This document shows positions 35,698-43,871 of a stretch of DNA of 64,000 nt, piece after piece. The position numbers and the translations under genes were made by a program. Location of the stretch: contig WQUV01000002.1 in assembly GCA_009781895.1 (NCBI GenBank), forward strand, positions 38,293 to 102,292. The letters are read 5' to 3'. How positions within the stretch are numbered: the stretch's first letter is position 1; the number at the start of each line of letters is the position of its first letter. Origin of the DNA: Candidatus Saccharimonadota bacterium. GTDB lineage: Bacteria > Patescibacteriota > Saccharimonadia > Saccharimonadales > Saccharimonadaceae. The notes below the pieces were generated by a model. It made no database searches, was not told the DNA's origin, and saw only the letters and a list, made by a program, of their open reading frames with translations.

Positions 35698-36390
35698 ATG
35701 CCGAGTAAGGCTATACTAACACCAACGCAAGAGCTTTACCAGAAGATCTTTGGCGAGCTACCCAAGCGTGACATAATTGAGGCTGACATGCCTGCGCTCT
35801 ATGAAGTTCTTGACACGCTAACTGACCGAGACAAACGTGTTATTGAGATGTGTTTTGGCTTAGGCTAAGAAAAGATGGCGAGAGCAGCTATCGGCAAGGA
35901 GTTAAATGTAACTCCGGCTTGGGTAACACAACTCAAAGCAAAGGTAATAAAAAAGCTACAGAATGAAAATCGTGCTAAGAAGATCAAGCCTTTGTTCTAC
36001 TCATATGAAGAAATGAGAGCTGAAATCACAAGGCGCGACGAGCAGATTTACGAACTGACAAATACCTTGAGGTAAACTAAAGGTGAGAATACTGAGCTTC
36101 GCAAGAAAAATAGAGAGTTAGGAGAGGGACCAGTTGATGCGAAAATGTTCCCCGATCTAAAGCTGATAGAAGTCTTGGATTTGGATATCGAGGAGATGGA
36201 CTTGTCAGTTAGGTCATATAATTGCCTGAAAAGAGCCGGGCTCAATACTGTCAGAGATGTCGTCCTGCGACATAAGAAGGATGGACTCACAAAAATCCGA
36301 AGGATATGCAAACGCTCAATCGAAGAAGTTGTAGCCGAGCTCACAGAGTTGGGTATACTGCTAGACCGACCAGACGAATATTATTTATAA
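35698..36390 (+). pseudogene. Single reading frame encoding sigma-70 region-4 HTH + coiled coil + RNAP alpha-CTD-like HhH, interrupted by two in-frame TAA codons (35866-35868 and 36073-36075)
   Basis: Codon-by-codon reading gives ..LTDRDKRVIEMCFGLG*EKMARAAIGKELNVTPAWVTQLKAKVIKKLQ...IYELTNTLR*TKGENTELRKKNREL...MDLSVRSYNCLKRAGLNTVRDV...SIEEVVAELTELGI. The track shows only the 2nd and 3rd pieces. Confidence 0.6.
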
Positions 36391-36404
36391 GTAAGCATTA
36401 TTAA

Positions 36405-36437
36405 GCCGCCCTGGCACTATGCTTTGGGCGGTTTTTC
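36405..36437 (+). terminator. Rho-independent terminator of the cassette
   Basis: GCCGCCC-14 nt-GGGCGGTTTTT. Confidence 0.6.
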
Positions 36438-36776
36438 TCTTCGCATATGAGTAAGACTAAAGATTAGCAGGGCGAGACTGGTGACTAGCCAGATGGAGCC
36501 GAAAATAAGAAAGAACGGGAATAAGACACAACCCAAGCCAGCTCCATCGCTCGCCACACAGCTGATATCGATGAGCAACATAAAGAGTGAAGGCATTACG
36601 AAAAGAGCGAAAATGACGGCTCGGATTGCATGCTCGGTTTTACGTTTGATGGGTCTTCTTTTACGGATCAGCCAAAAGACGAAAGACAACAGCAGGTACA
36701 CCAAGACAGGCCCAAGAGCCCAAGCCAGTGCGGCGAGATATGAAAAGAGGTTCATCGTAAAAGGCATTATCTCCAT
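36417..36776 (-). CDS. Hypothetical 4-TM membrane protein, 119 aa, downstream of nusG
   Basis: ORF made almost entirely of hydrophobic helices. Confidence 0.5.
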   Translation of the reverse strand: MEIMPFTMNLFSYLAALAWALGPVLVYLLLSFVFWLIRKRRPIKRKTEHAIRAVIFALFVMPSLFMLLIDISCVASDGAGLGCVLFPFFLIFGSIWLVTSLALLIFSLTHMRREKPPKA

Positions 36777-36812
36777 AATAGCATAACCTAGACAGGAATA
36801 GAAGCTAGGGGA

Positions 36813-37364
36813 TTATGAGAGCTTCTCGACCTGGAGGGCGTCGAGCTCGGCTTGGGTTTCGCGGCCGAACATCGAGAGCATAACCTTGATTTTACCCTTA
36901 TCTTCGTCAATTTCGGAGACAGAGCCGTCGAAGCCGCGGAATGGACCGTCTTTGACGCGGACGATTTCGCCGATTTCGTATTTCACTGCAAACTTTGGAT
37001 CCTCGGCGCCAATGCGACGCTTGATGGCGTCAACTTCGCGCGGGCTGACAGGTGATGGATGGGTGCCAGTACCGATAAATCCAGTGGCACCTGGGACGTT
37101 TCGGACAGCGTACCAAGACTCGTCAGAGAGCTTCATTTCGACCAGGACGTATCCGTTGAAGATCTTGCGGTCAGCGACGCGGCGCTTGCCGTTTTTGATC
37201 TCGATTTGCTTTTCTTTCGGGACAATAGCGTCAAAAATTAGATCTTTGTACTGAGGGTTTTCGATGAGAACACGGATGCCGTCAGCAACCTTGTCCTCAT
37301 GGCCAGAATAGGTCGAGACTGCGTACCACGCTCGTGAGTCGTCATAATTAAATCTGTTTGCCAT
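36813..37364 (-). CDS. nusG: Transcription termination/antitermination factor NusG
   Basis: WYAVSTYSGHEDKV, KOW GEIVRVKDGPFRGFDGSV. Confidence 0.93.
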   Translation of the reverse strand: MANRFNYDDSRAWYAVSTYSGHEDKVADGIRVLIENPQYKDLIFDAIVPKEKQIEIKNGKRRVADRKIFNGYVLVEMKLSDESWYAVRNVPGATGFIGTGTHPSPVSPREVDAIKRRIGAEDPKFAVKYEIGEIVRVKDGPFRGFDGSVSEIDEDKGKIKVMLSMFGRETQAELDALQVEKLS

Positions 37365-37386
37365 ATATTTTATCTCTTAGCTCTCC

Positions 37387-37779
37387 TTAGCCTATTAACC
37401 TTTGAAATACCATACCCCAGAATGTATCTAGTAGCGCAATAAAGATGAAGAAAATCAACGCGTAGATGACGACCGCGAAGGTCATCTTCCAGGCCGCTTT
37501 GCGATTTGGGAACCGCATCAAGCGGAGCTCGCGGAAACTGGCCGCGACATAGCGCCCGAACCGAACGAACGGTGAGAGTAGTTTGCGGAATACCCCTCTT
37601 TTCTTGCTTTCGGTGACCTCGGTCTTGCTGGCCTTTTTGTCAACTTTGGCTGGCTTTTCGGCTTTTATGACTTTTGCGGCTGTGTTTGCCTTCGCCTTTG
37701 GTTTGTCGGCCGCGGGCTTGGGTTTAGGTTTAGTTTCTGCAACCTTCGCGCTCTTCTTGCGCTTTTCTTGCTTCTTCAT
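37387..37779 (-). CDS. secE: Preprotein translocase subunit SecE with a Lys-rich N-terminal extension
   Basis: FRELRLMRFPNRKAAWKMTFAVVIYALIFFIF. secE-nusG order. SD AGGAGCGAA. Confidence 0.8.
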   Translation of the reverse strand: MKKQEKRKKSAKVAETKPKPKPAADKPKAKANTAAKVIKAEKPAKVDKKASKTEVTESKKRGVFRKLLSPFVRFGRYVAASFRELRLMRFPNRKAAWKMTFAVVIYALIFFIFIALLDTFWGMVFQRLIG

Positions 37780-37819
37780 TTCGCTCCTATTAAAAAAGTC
37801 TGACGAGCAGACTGTCAAT

Positions 37820-37848
37820 AGTATATCAGCCCGACTTTAGCAAGTCAA
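37820..37848 (-). promoter_or_regulatory. secE-nusG promoter
   Basis: Minus strand TTGACT-17-TATACT. Confidence 0.55.
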
Positions 37849-37856
37849 CCCCTAGA

Positions 37857-37881
37857 GCAAAAAGCCCTCCAGGGGAGGGCT
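37857..37881 (-). terminator. Rho-independent terminator
   Basis: Minus strand AGCCCTCC-CCT-GGAGGGCT-TTTTG. Confidence 0.65.
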
Positions 37882-37901
37882 TAACTACTGATGTTTTACT
37901 T

Positions 37902-38780
37902 CTAATACGCTCTGATTCGCCTGACACTCCAATCTACAGCAAAGATGCCGTCTGGAGCCCAGCGATCGACAAACTGCAAGGCCTCCATGTCGGCGGTGTA
38001 TTCGCTGAGTCGATTGAAATGCTCGGACCTACTGGCCTCATTCAGGACGTGCGGGGTAGGGGTCGTGAGGTTACGACGAATCTCGGCGAGAGCCTCGGTG
38101 GGGTCTTCGCCATAGAGGTCGGTGTTGAATAAGAAGGCGCCGTTACCGCGCTGGTCGTCGTCGGCAAAGAGATACTCGAAGTGGACCATATGGATTGCTT
38201 CATGCATGATGATGAAGGTGAGAAACCAGCGATCAAAATCGCAACTTGCGGCAGAATCGAGGCTGGATTCGCGGATTACGATCTCGCGATTAGTGCGAGA
38301 AGCAAAGGCGGTCCATGATTGCGGCATGTCGCGATCTGGAATTGCGCGGACAGTGTAGGGGTCTTGGATGTCATTTTGATAGGCGAGCTCGTCAACTACA
38401 GCCTGCAAGACACCGACCTGCTCACTACGACTAAGGTCACCAAAGAGCGCGATGTCGAGAAGGTGACGCATAGCGTTCATGAACTCAGAAAGCTGGAAAG
38501 GGTTAGGAGCAGGGACGGGAGTCTCATCGAGCCTGATTGGTATCAGGACTGGCTCGCCCATAGGTTGGGGAGCGGGCAGGATGATGGGGTCCTCGGGAAC
38601 TATGATCAACACTGGCTCTGGCAAGGGGTCTTGGTCGACCCAGTTAGTTGTGGGCTGGGCGGTAGCCAGCGCCACTTGACTGGTCTGGATAGACGCAGGG
38701 AGCATCACGCTCGCGAACAGCAGAGTAATAATTGCAACAAGCAGCAGAACAGGTGGAATAAAAGGGGATAGTTTCTTCAT
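37902..38780 (-). CDS. Secreted/anchored putative zinc metallopeptidase (HExxH)
   Basis: SD GGAGGAG before ATG 38780. N-terminal TM, Pro-rich spacer, IIMHEAIHMVH. Confidence 0.5.
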   Translation of the reverse strand: MKKLSPFIPPVLLLVAIITLLFASVMLPASIQTSQVALATAQPTTNWVDQDPLPEPVLIIVPEDPIILPAPQPMGEPVLIPIRLDETPVPAPNPFQLSEFMNAMRHLLDIALFGDLSRSEQVGVLQAVVDELAYQNDIQDPYTVRAIPDRDMPQSWTAFASRTNREIVIRESSLDSAASCDFDRWFLTFIIMHEAIHMVHFEYLFADDDQRGNGAFLFNTDLYGEDPTEALAEIRRNLTTPTPHVLNEASRSEHFNRLSEYTADMEALQFVDRWAPDGIFAVDWSVRRIRAY

Positions 38781-38911
38781 AGGCTTCTCCTCCATATACG
38801 ATAGATTTAGGTTAAGCTGGAGCAATAGTAAGATATGAGAAATAAAACTTCAGATACTAATGTCCCAGCGCAAATGCGCTATAATTACCTGTTATTATAT
38901 CATAGTAATGC

Positions 38912-39457
38912 TTAAAAGTCAATAATATGAGCCCGGATTATGAGGCGGTGCGTATAAGTGTCGATTGCGTCAGAGAACTCGCCATAGCAGGTCATCAGAA
39001 CAAGCTCATGGTTATGGTCTTGAGCGGCAAGAACGTGACGCATGCTGATGTCGTCACGATGGAGAATCTCGATAGAGTGGACCTGATAGGTTACCCTCCC
39101 TATTATATCAGAAACTAGCGATGTTGTCAAGTGGTCGCCAATAGAAACACGATAAAGGTCAGAGAAAACACCGTCAGAATGACCGACCAAAAAGACGACG
39201 CCAGGCTGGTCAACGGCGGAGCTTTGAGTGAACCAGCCGACTTCTCGGTCGGGGACGGCGATGCGGCGGCTTTCTGGCTCGAAACCAACGGGTACGACAA
39301 GGGCGTCCAGGTCAATAGTGGTGATAACGAGGTTGGCGGGCTCGGTGCTGGCGCGGAAAATGGCGGCGGATGGGCGAAAATCGCGTACCAAGAAGAACGC
39401 AAAAGCGACAATAGTGGCGCCGAATGCGGCTGGGATCAAAAAACGCTGCGCTCGCAA
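38912..39457 (-). CDS. Sortase-family transpeptidase
   Basis: FLVGHS (His), LVLMTCYGEF (Cys), THRLIIRA (Arg). The likely start is TTG 39457, after AGAGGAGG; the track start is 39505. Confidence 0.75.
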   Translation of the reverse strand: MRAQRFLIPAAFGATIVAFAFFLVRDFRPSAAIFRASTEPANLVITTIDLDALVVPVGFEPESRRIAVPDREVGWFTQSSAVDQPGVVFLVGHSDGVFSDLYRVSIGDHLTTSLVSDIIGRVTYQVHSIEILHRDDISMRHVLAAQDHNHELVLMTCYGEFSDAIDTYTHRLIIRAHIIDF

Positions 39458-39539
39458 AATACCTCCTCTTATATAAAGGATACTATGAGGGGAAAGCATA
39501 AGCAAGACTTGAAAAATAAATTATTTTATAAAAAGACTC

Positions 39540-39568
39540 TTGACAATTTTGGGCGTGGTGTCTATACT
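39540..39568 (+). promoter_or_regulatory. Consensus-like promoter
   Basis: TTGACA-17-TATACT. Confidence 0.6.
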
Positions 39569-39597
39569 AGAATTAGTTTAAGTTGAAGGAGAGGCAG

Positions 39598-40668
39598 ATG
39601 CAACCAGAGGGCGAAAATCGTGAAATTGTAGCGCGCGCAGTTGACAGCGTCTTGAAGGGGACCGACCAACAGCGCGAACGTGATGTAGCAAGAAAGCGCG
39701 GTGGCCTAAAAGTTGATCGAGCGACTTTGGATGAAGTCGGACGAGAACTCGGCGTAACACGTGAACGTGTCCGACAGATAGAAAAATCGGTTTTTGTGCG
39801 GCTGAAGCTCTATGCGGAAAGCGGCAAATTGGAGGCTTTAGCAGCCGCAGAAAAAGTGATTTTACGAGAGCTAACTCAGACACGCATCATGCAGGTCGAG
39901 AAGCTAGCTACGAAGATGTTTGGGCAAAAATGCAGCCGAAAGGACGTCTCGGCGCTTGTGCTTTTGGCACGAGTTTCAGGCAAATTGACCCTAATTGACA
40001 ATAACGATAAGTACTTTGCAAGTATAGCGTTAGCAGAAAGCGGCACGAGTAGAGAATGGACTGCACACATCGACGCGGTGGCTACTGCCATTGCTAAATA
40101 TGGCAAACCATTGACATTGGCAGAGCTAGACAAGCAGCTGGATAAAGACAACTTGGGCTTTCAGCACCCTGACCATTTGGAGGCAGTGCTGGAAAGCTCG
40201 CGACTGGTCGCGGAGTTTAACGGTGTCTGGGGTTTAGCGAAATGGCCCGAAGTCAACCCGCGTAATATCCGAGATAAGATCTTTGCGGTGCTGTCAAAGC
40301 TGAATGAGCCGACCCATTTCAACACCATTGCTGAGCAGATCAACAGCGACAAATTCAACAAGAAGCCTGCGACACCGCAGGCGATTCATAACGAGCTAAT
40401 CCGCGATGACCGCTTTGTCTTGGTGGGGCGAGGGATTTATGCGCTGGCTGACTGGGGCTTCAAGAAAGGCACCGTGACCGATGTGATTAAGCAAGCGCTA
40501 AAAGAGAGTGGCGGCGAGATGCACCGTGATGACATTCTGGAGGCAGTCTTAAGGGTGCGACAAGTAAAGACCACCACTGTAACTCTGGCCCTACAGAATA
40601 GAAGCGACTTCGTGAAGCTCGGGAAGACCCTGTACGGTCTTGCAGAAGCAGGGTCAGCGAAAAAGTAA
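39598..40668 (+). CDS. Sigma-70 region-4 HTH followed by two HARE-HTH-like (RNAP delta-type) winged helices
   Basis: LDEVGRELGVTRERVRQIEKSVFVRLK. Then FNTIAEQI...LIRDDRFVLVGRGIYALADWGF and DDILEAVL...RSDFVKLGKTLYGL. Confidence 0.55.
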   Translation: MQPEGENREIVARAVDSVLKGTDQQRERDVARKRGGLKVDRATLDEVGRELGVTRERVRQIEKSVFVRLKLYAESGKLEALAAAEKVILRELTQTRIMQVEKLATKMFGQKCSRKDVSALVLLARVSGKLTLIDNNDKYFASIALAESGTSREWTAHIDAVATAIAKYGKPLTLAELDKQLDKDNLGFQHPDHLEAVLESSRLVAEFNGVWGLAKWPEVNPRNIRDKIFAVLSKLNEPTHFNTIAEQINSDKFNKKPATPQAIHNELIRDDRFVLVGRGIYALADWGFKKGTVTDVIKQALKESGGEMHRDDILEAVLRVRQVKTTTVTLALQNRSDFVKLGKTLYGLAEAGSAKK

Positions 40669-40717
40669 GGGTTTAGCCCTAGTTTTTACGTATTACATAT
40701 GATATAATGACAGGGAT

Positions 40718-43414
40718 ATGGGGGAGTTTTTCGGATGGATTAGCTGGCCATTGCTACTCGTTGCAGTAGCTGTGGTTTTTGTTGTGTTGGCGCAAAAGAA
40801 CTTCAAAAAAGCGACAGCGATTCAGCAGGGAAGTGTCGATAACGTACTACTTTTACTCGAGATACCTAAGGACAACGACAAAAAAGAACTAGCAGCAGAG
40901 CAGCTTTTTGCGGCGTTGCATGGTATTTTGCGCGACGAGAAAGAATTAGCGAGCAATGCGCAAGAGCATTTAAGCTTTGAGATTGTCAGCCATAACGGCA
41001 TGATCCAGTTCTTCGTATGGTGCCCGCGACCACTTCGAAGCTTTGTTGAGGGGCAGATTTATTCGCAGTATCCGACTGTCCAGATCAAGGCAGTGGATGA
41101 GGACTACCTGTCTCACCAGAGAGACCACTCTATCGTTGCGACTACCGACCTAGTGCTAACAGAGAACCAGGCTCTACCAATCAAGACTTTTGACACCTTT
41201 GATGTGGACCCGCTAGCAGGTATCACGGGTACGCTAGCGAAGCTAGAGAACACTGGTGAAGAGCTGTGGATCCAAATACTGGTGAGGCCAATCAATGACG
41301 ACTGGCATAAGAAGTCAAAAGAATGGATCGATAGCGTCAAGAATCCGCCAAAACTAGGGTTTTTCAATCTCCTACTAGACTTCAAGTGGATAGCGGGGGT
41401 GTTTTCGGCACTCTGGACACCGCCAGAGAGTGGGTCAATTACCGAGCCAGCGATAAAAGCAACTGAACTGTCAGATCGCGACAAGGCACGGATCTCGGCA
41501 GCAGAGGAGAAGATGGGGCGACTTGGCTACGCGCTAAAGATTCGTCTAGCTTACCTCGGAGAAGAGAAAGAAAATGCACGACTAAATCTACAGGCGCTAA
41601 CAGGTAGCTTCAAGCAGTTTAACACGCCGATCTTGAATGGCTTCAAGTCGACAGGAATTGATTTTAGCGGCAACCTAACTGGATACCGAATGCGAGCATT
41701 TGACGACGACGGCTTTGTCTTAAATATCAAGGAGCTGGCAAGCCTCTACCATCTACCAAATACCAGTGTTGAGACACCAAATATCGTCTGGGCAACGACA
41801 CGAGTGGCTGAACCGCCAGCGAAACTACCGCTAGTAACTGGCAACCCCGAGATTGACTGTGATATTTCAGCCTTTGGGCTTACTAACTTCCGTGGCGTAA
41901 ATCATCAGTTCGGGATGTGGCGTCGCGACCGTAATCGTCACATATACATAATCGGTCAGACAGGAGCGGGTAAGTCTGGTCTTCTCGAGCTATTTGCACT
42001 ATCAGATATTTTCTATGATCAAGGCTATGCGATCATTGATCCGCATGGTGACTTCGCGATTAATAACTTGAAGTTTATCCCAGAACATCGGATGAAAGAT
42101 GTGATCTACTTCAATCCAGCCGACAAAGACTTCCCGATCGCTTTCAACCCGCTTGAAGTAACAGACGAAGAGCGCAAGCCAAATATCTCGTCTGAGGTGA
42201 TTGGGGTACTTAAGCGTATGTTCGGCGAAAGCTGGGGGCCGCGACTCGAGCATATCTTGAGATATACGCTACTAGCGTTGCTTGATAGGCCAGAGACTAC
42301 GCTATTAGACGTTTCGAGAATGCTAACAAGTGCAAGTTTTCGCAAGGAAACCCTAGAATATTGTAAAGACGTGACCGTCTTGCAGTTCTGGAAGCAAGAG
42401 TTTGGCCAGTGGAGCGAAAAGCAGGTAAACGAAAGTGTGGCACCGATCCTAAACAAGGTGGGTGCATTCACAGCGAACCCGATTATACGTAATATTATTG
42501 GTCAGCCGAAAAGCAGCTTTGATATGCGAAAGATTATGGATGAGGGTAAGATTTTGGTTGTTAACCTATCTAAGGGTATGATTGGCGAAGACAACGCTGG
42601 TATCCTTGGCGCCTTTCTAGTGACAAAGGTGCAGCTTGCGGCGATGAGTCGAGCCGATATTGACCGAGTCGAGGATCGACGACCGTTCTTCCTCTATGTG
42701 GACGAATTCCAAAACTTTGCGACCGACAGCTTTGCTGTGATCCTATCAGAGGCGCGTAAATACGGCTTAAACCTGACTGTCGCGAACCAGTACATTGCCC
42801 AGATGAGCGACTCGGTGCGAGACGCGGTGTTTGGTAACGTCGGGTCTATGATCTCATTCCGTGTGTCTGCAGAAGATGCGGAGTTCCTAGCAAGGCAGTT
42901 TGAACCAGAATTTACCTCCTCTGACCTCTTGGCGATGAATAACCGCAACTTCGTTATCAATATGATCATCAAGGGAGAGAAGGCGAGGGCATTCAGCGCG
43001 ACAACACTAAATATCCCGCCAACACCAGAAAACGGAGTATTTGACAAGATCATAGATCACTCACGAGGGCAGTATGCTCGTACGCGTAAAGAGGTTGAGC
43101 AGGAGATTGCGGGCATCATGGGTGGGGCAGAGACCTATATGGAAGAATTACGAGAAGAGAACCGAACAAAAACCGAACGTGCTGAAGCCGAGCAGAAAAC
43201 CTGGATTAAAAGCACTAAGACTAAAATGGCTTTCAAGCCAGCTGATGTGTCAAAGCCCGAACGTGCTGACAAGCCCGAAAAGAAGCCATTTGTGCGAACA
43301 CCGGAATCAGAATTCCGTAAAATGAAATTGTCGCCAAATGCGGTTAAGGGTGAAAAAACTTCTGGCCTAAAAGATATTGGCGAGATGATAAAGATTGACC
43401 ATAAGAAAAAGTAG
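40718..43414 (+). CDS. FtsK/HerA-superfamily ATPase of the TraD/VirD4 coupling-protein type, with an N-terminal TM and a ~380-aa uncharacterised domain
   Basis: Walker A GQTGAGKSG, Walker B FFLYVDEFQNF, EARKYGLNLTVANQY. Confidence 0.6.
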   Translation: MGEFFGWISWPLLLVAVAVVFVVLAQKNFKKATAIQQGSVDNVLLLLEIPKDNDKKELAAEQLFAALHGILRDEKELASNAQEHLSFEIVSHNGMIQFFVWCPRPLRSFVEGQIYSQYPTVQIKAVDEDYLSHQRDHSIVATTDLVLTENQALPIKTFDTFDVDPLAGITGTLAKLENTGEELWIQILVRPINDDWHKKSKEWIDSVKNPPKLGFFNLLLDFKWIAGVFSALWTPPESGSITEPAIKATELSDRDKARISAAEEKMGRLGYALKIRLAYLGEEKENARLNLQALTGSFKQFNTPILNGFKSTGIDFSGNLTGYRMRAFDDDGFVLNIKELASLYHLPNTSVETPNIVWATTRVAEPPAKLPLVTGNPEIDCDISAFGLTNFRGVNHQFGMWRRDRNRHIYIIGQTGAGKSGLLELFALSDIFYDQGYAIIDPHGDFAINNLKFIPEHRMKDVIYFNPADKDFPIAFNPLEVTDEERKPNISSEVIGVLKRMFGESWGPRLEHILRYTLLALLDRPETTLLDVSRMLTSASFRKETLEYCKDVTVLQFWKQEFGQWSEKQVNESVAPILNKVGAFTANPIIRNIIGQPKSSFDMRKIMDEGKILVVNLSKGMIGEDNAGILGAFLVTKVQLAAMSRADIDRVEDRRPFFLYVDEFQNFATDSFAVILSEARKYGLNLTVANQYIAQMSDSVRDAVFGNVGSMISFRVSAEDAEFLARQFEPEFTSSDLLAMNNRNFVINMIIKGEKARAFSATTLNIPPTPENGVFDKIIDHSRGQYARTRKEVEQEIAGIMGGAETYMEELREENRTKTERAEAEQKTWIKSTKTKMAFKPADVSKPERADKPEKKPFVRTPESEFRKMKLSPNAVKGEKTSGLKDIGEMIKIDHKKK
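43160..43179 (+). repeat. 20-nt direct repeat, copy 1 (inside the ATPase 3' end)
   Basis: AACCGAACAAAAACCGAACG. Confidence 0.9.
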
Positions 43415-43611
43415 TAGCACCTACCTAGACGCGACATATAGGCATACCACTAAAACGGCTAAGAAGTCGCAGCTAAGCAGGTTAGCCAAGGTCTTTGGGG
43501 TGCAATTCTTAAATCCGCGAGCATGGGAAGTATGCGGAAGAAGGATACTTAGACTAAGACCTTAGTAAATCAAGTGGGGAGGACGAATGGGCACTCACAA
43601 TAGGGCGATAT

Positions 43612-43649
43612 GCGTAATGTCGCACAATATATCTTTTGCGACATTACGC
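43612..43649. repeat. Perfect 12-bp inverted repeat with a 14-nt AT-rich loop
   Basis: GCGTAATGTCGC-acaatatatctttt-GCGACATTACGC. Confidence 0.9.
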
Positions 43650-43811
43650 TAGTGGTTATGCTGTGAGGGTCAGCTTTTAGTGGTTTCGCTGGTTGTTTTT
43701 TGCCTAGCTTTGCTTTTGGATTTTTGTTCTACTCTACCCTACCTTTTATAGGCTTTGCTGCGAGTAGAGCACGCTGTCGTACTGAATGCTGGCTAAAATC
43801 GTCTCAAGATT

Positions 43812-43831
43812 AACCGAACAAAAACCGAACG
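43812..43831 (+). repeat. 20-nt direct repeat, copy 2
   Basis: Identical AACCGAACAAAAACCGAACG, 652 nt downstream of copy 1. Confidence 0.9.
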
Positions 43832-43871
43832 CTCTGGAGGGTAGTCACACCCGAACAGTGAGGGTAACAGA

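Noticed and set aside
43415-43871. tmRNA, RNase P RNA, SRP RNA or 6S RNA in this spacer, and likewise in 51600-52214.
   Set aside because: The hallmark strings were not found on either strand: GAGGAAAGTCC / ACAGAA..GGCTTA for RNase P, a tRNA-like GGTTCGA T-arm with CCA for tmRNA, and GGAAGCAGCC-type SRP domain IV. The regions remain unassigned rather than annotated.
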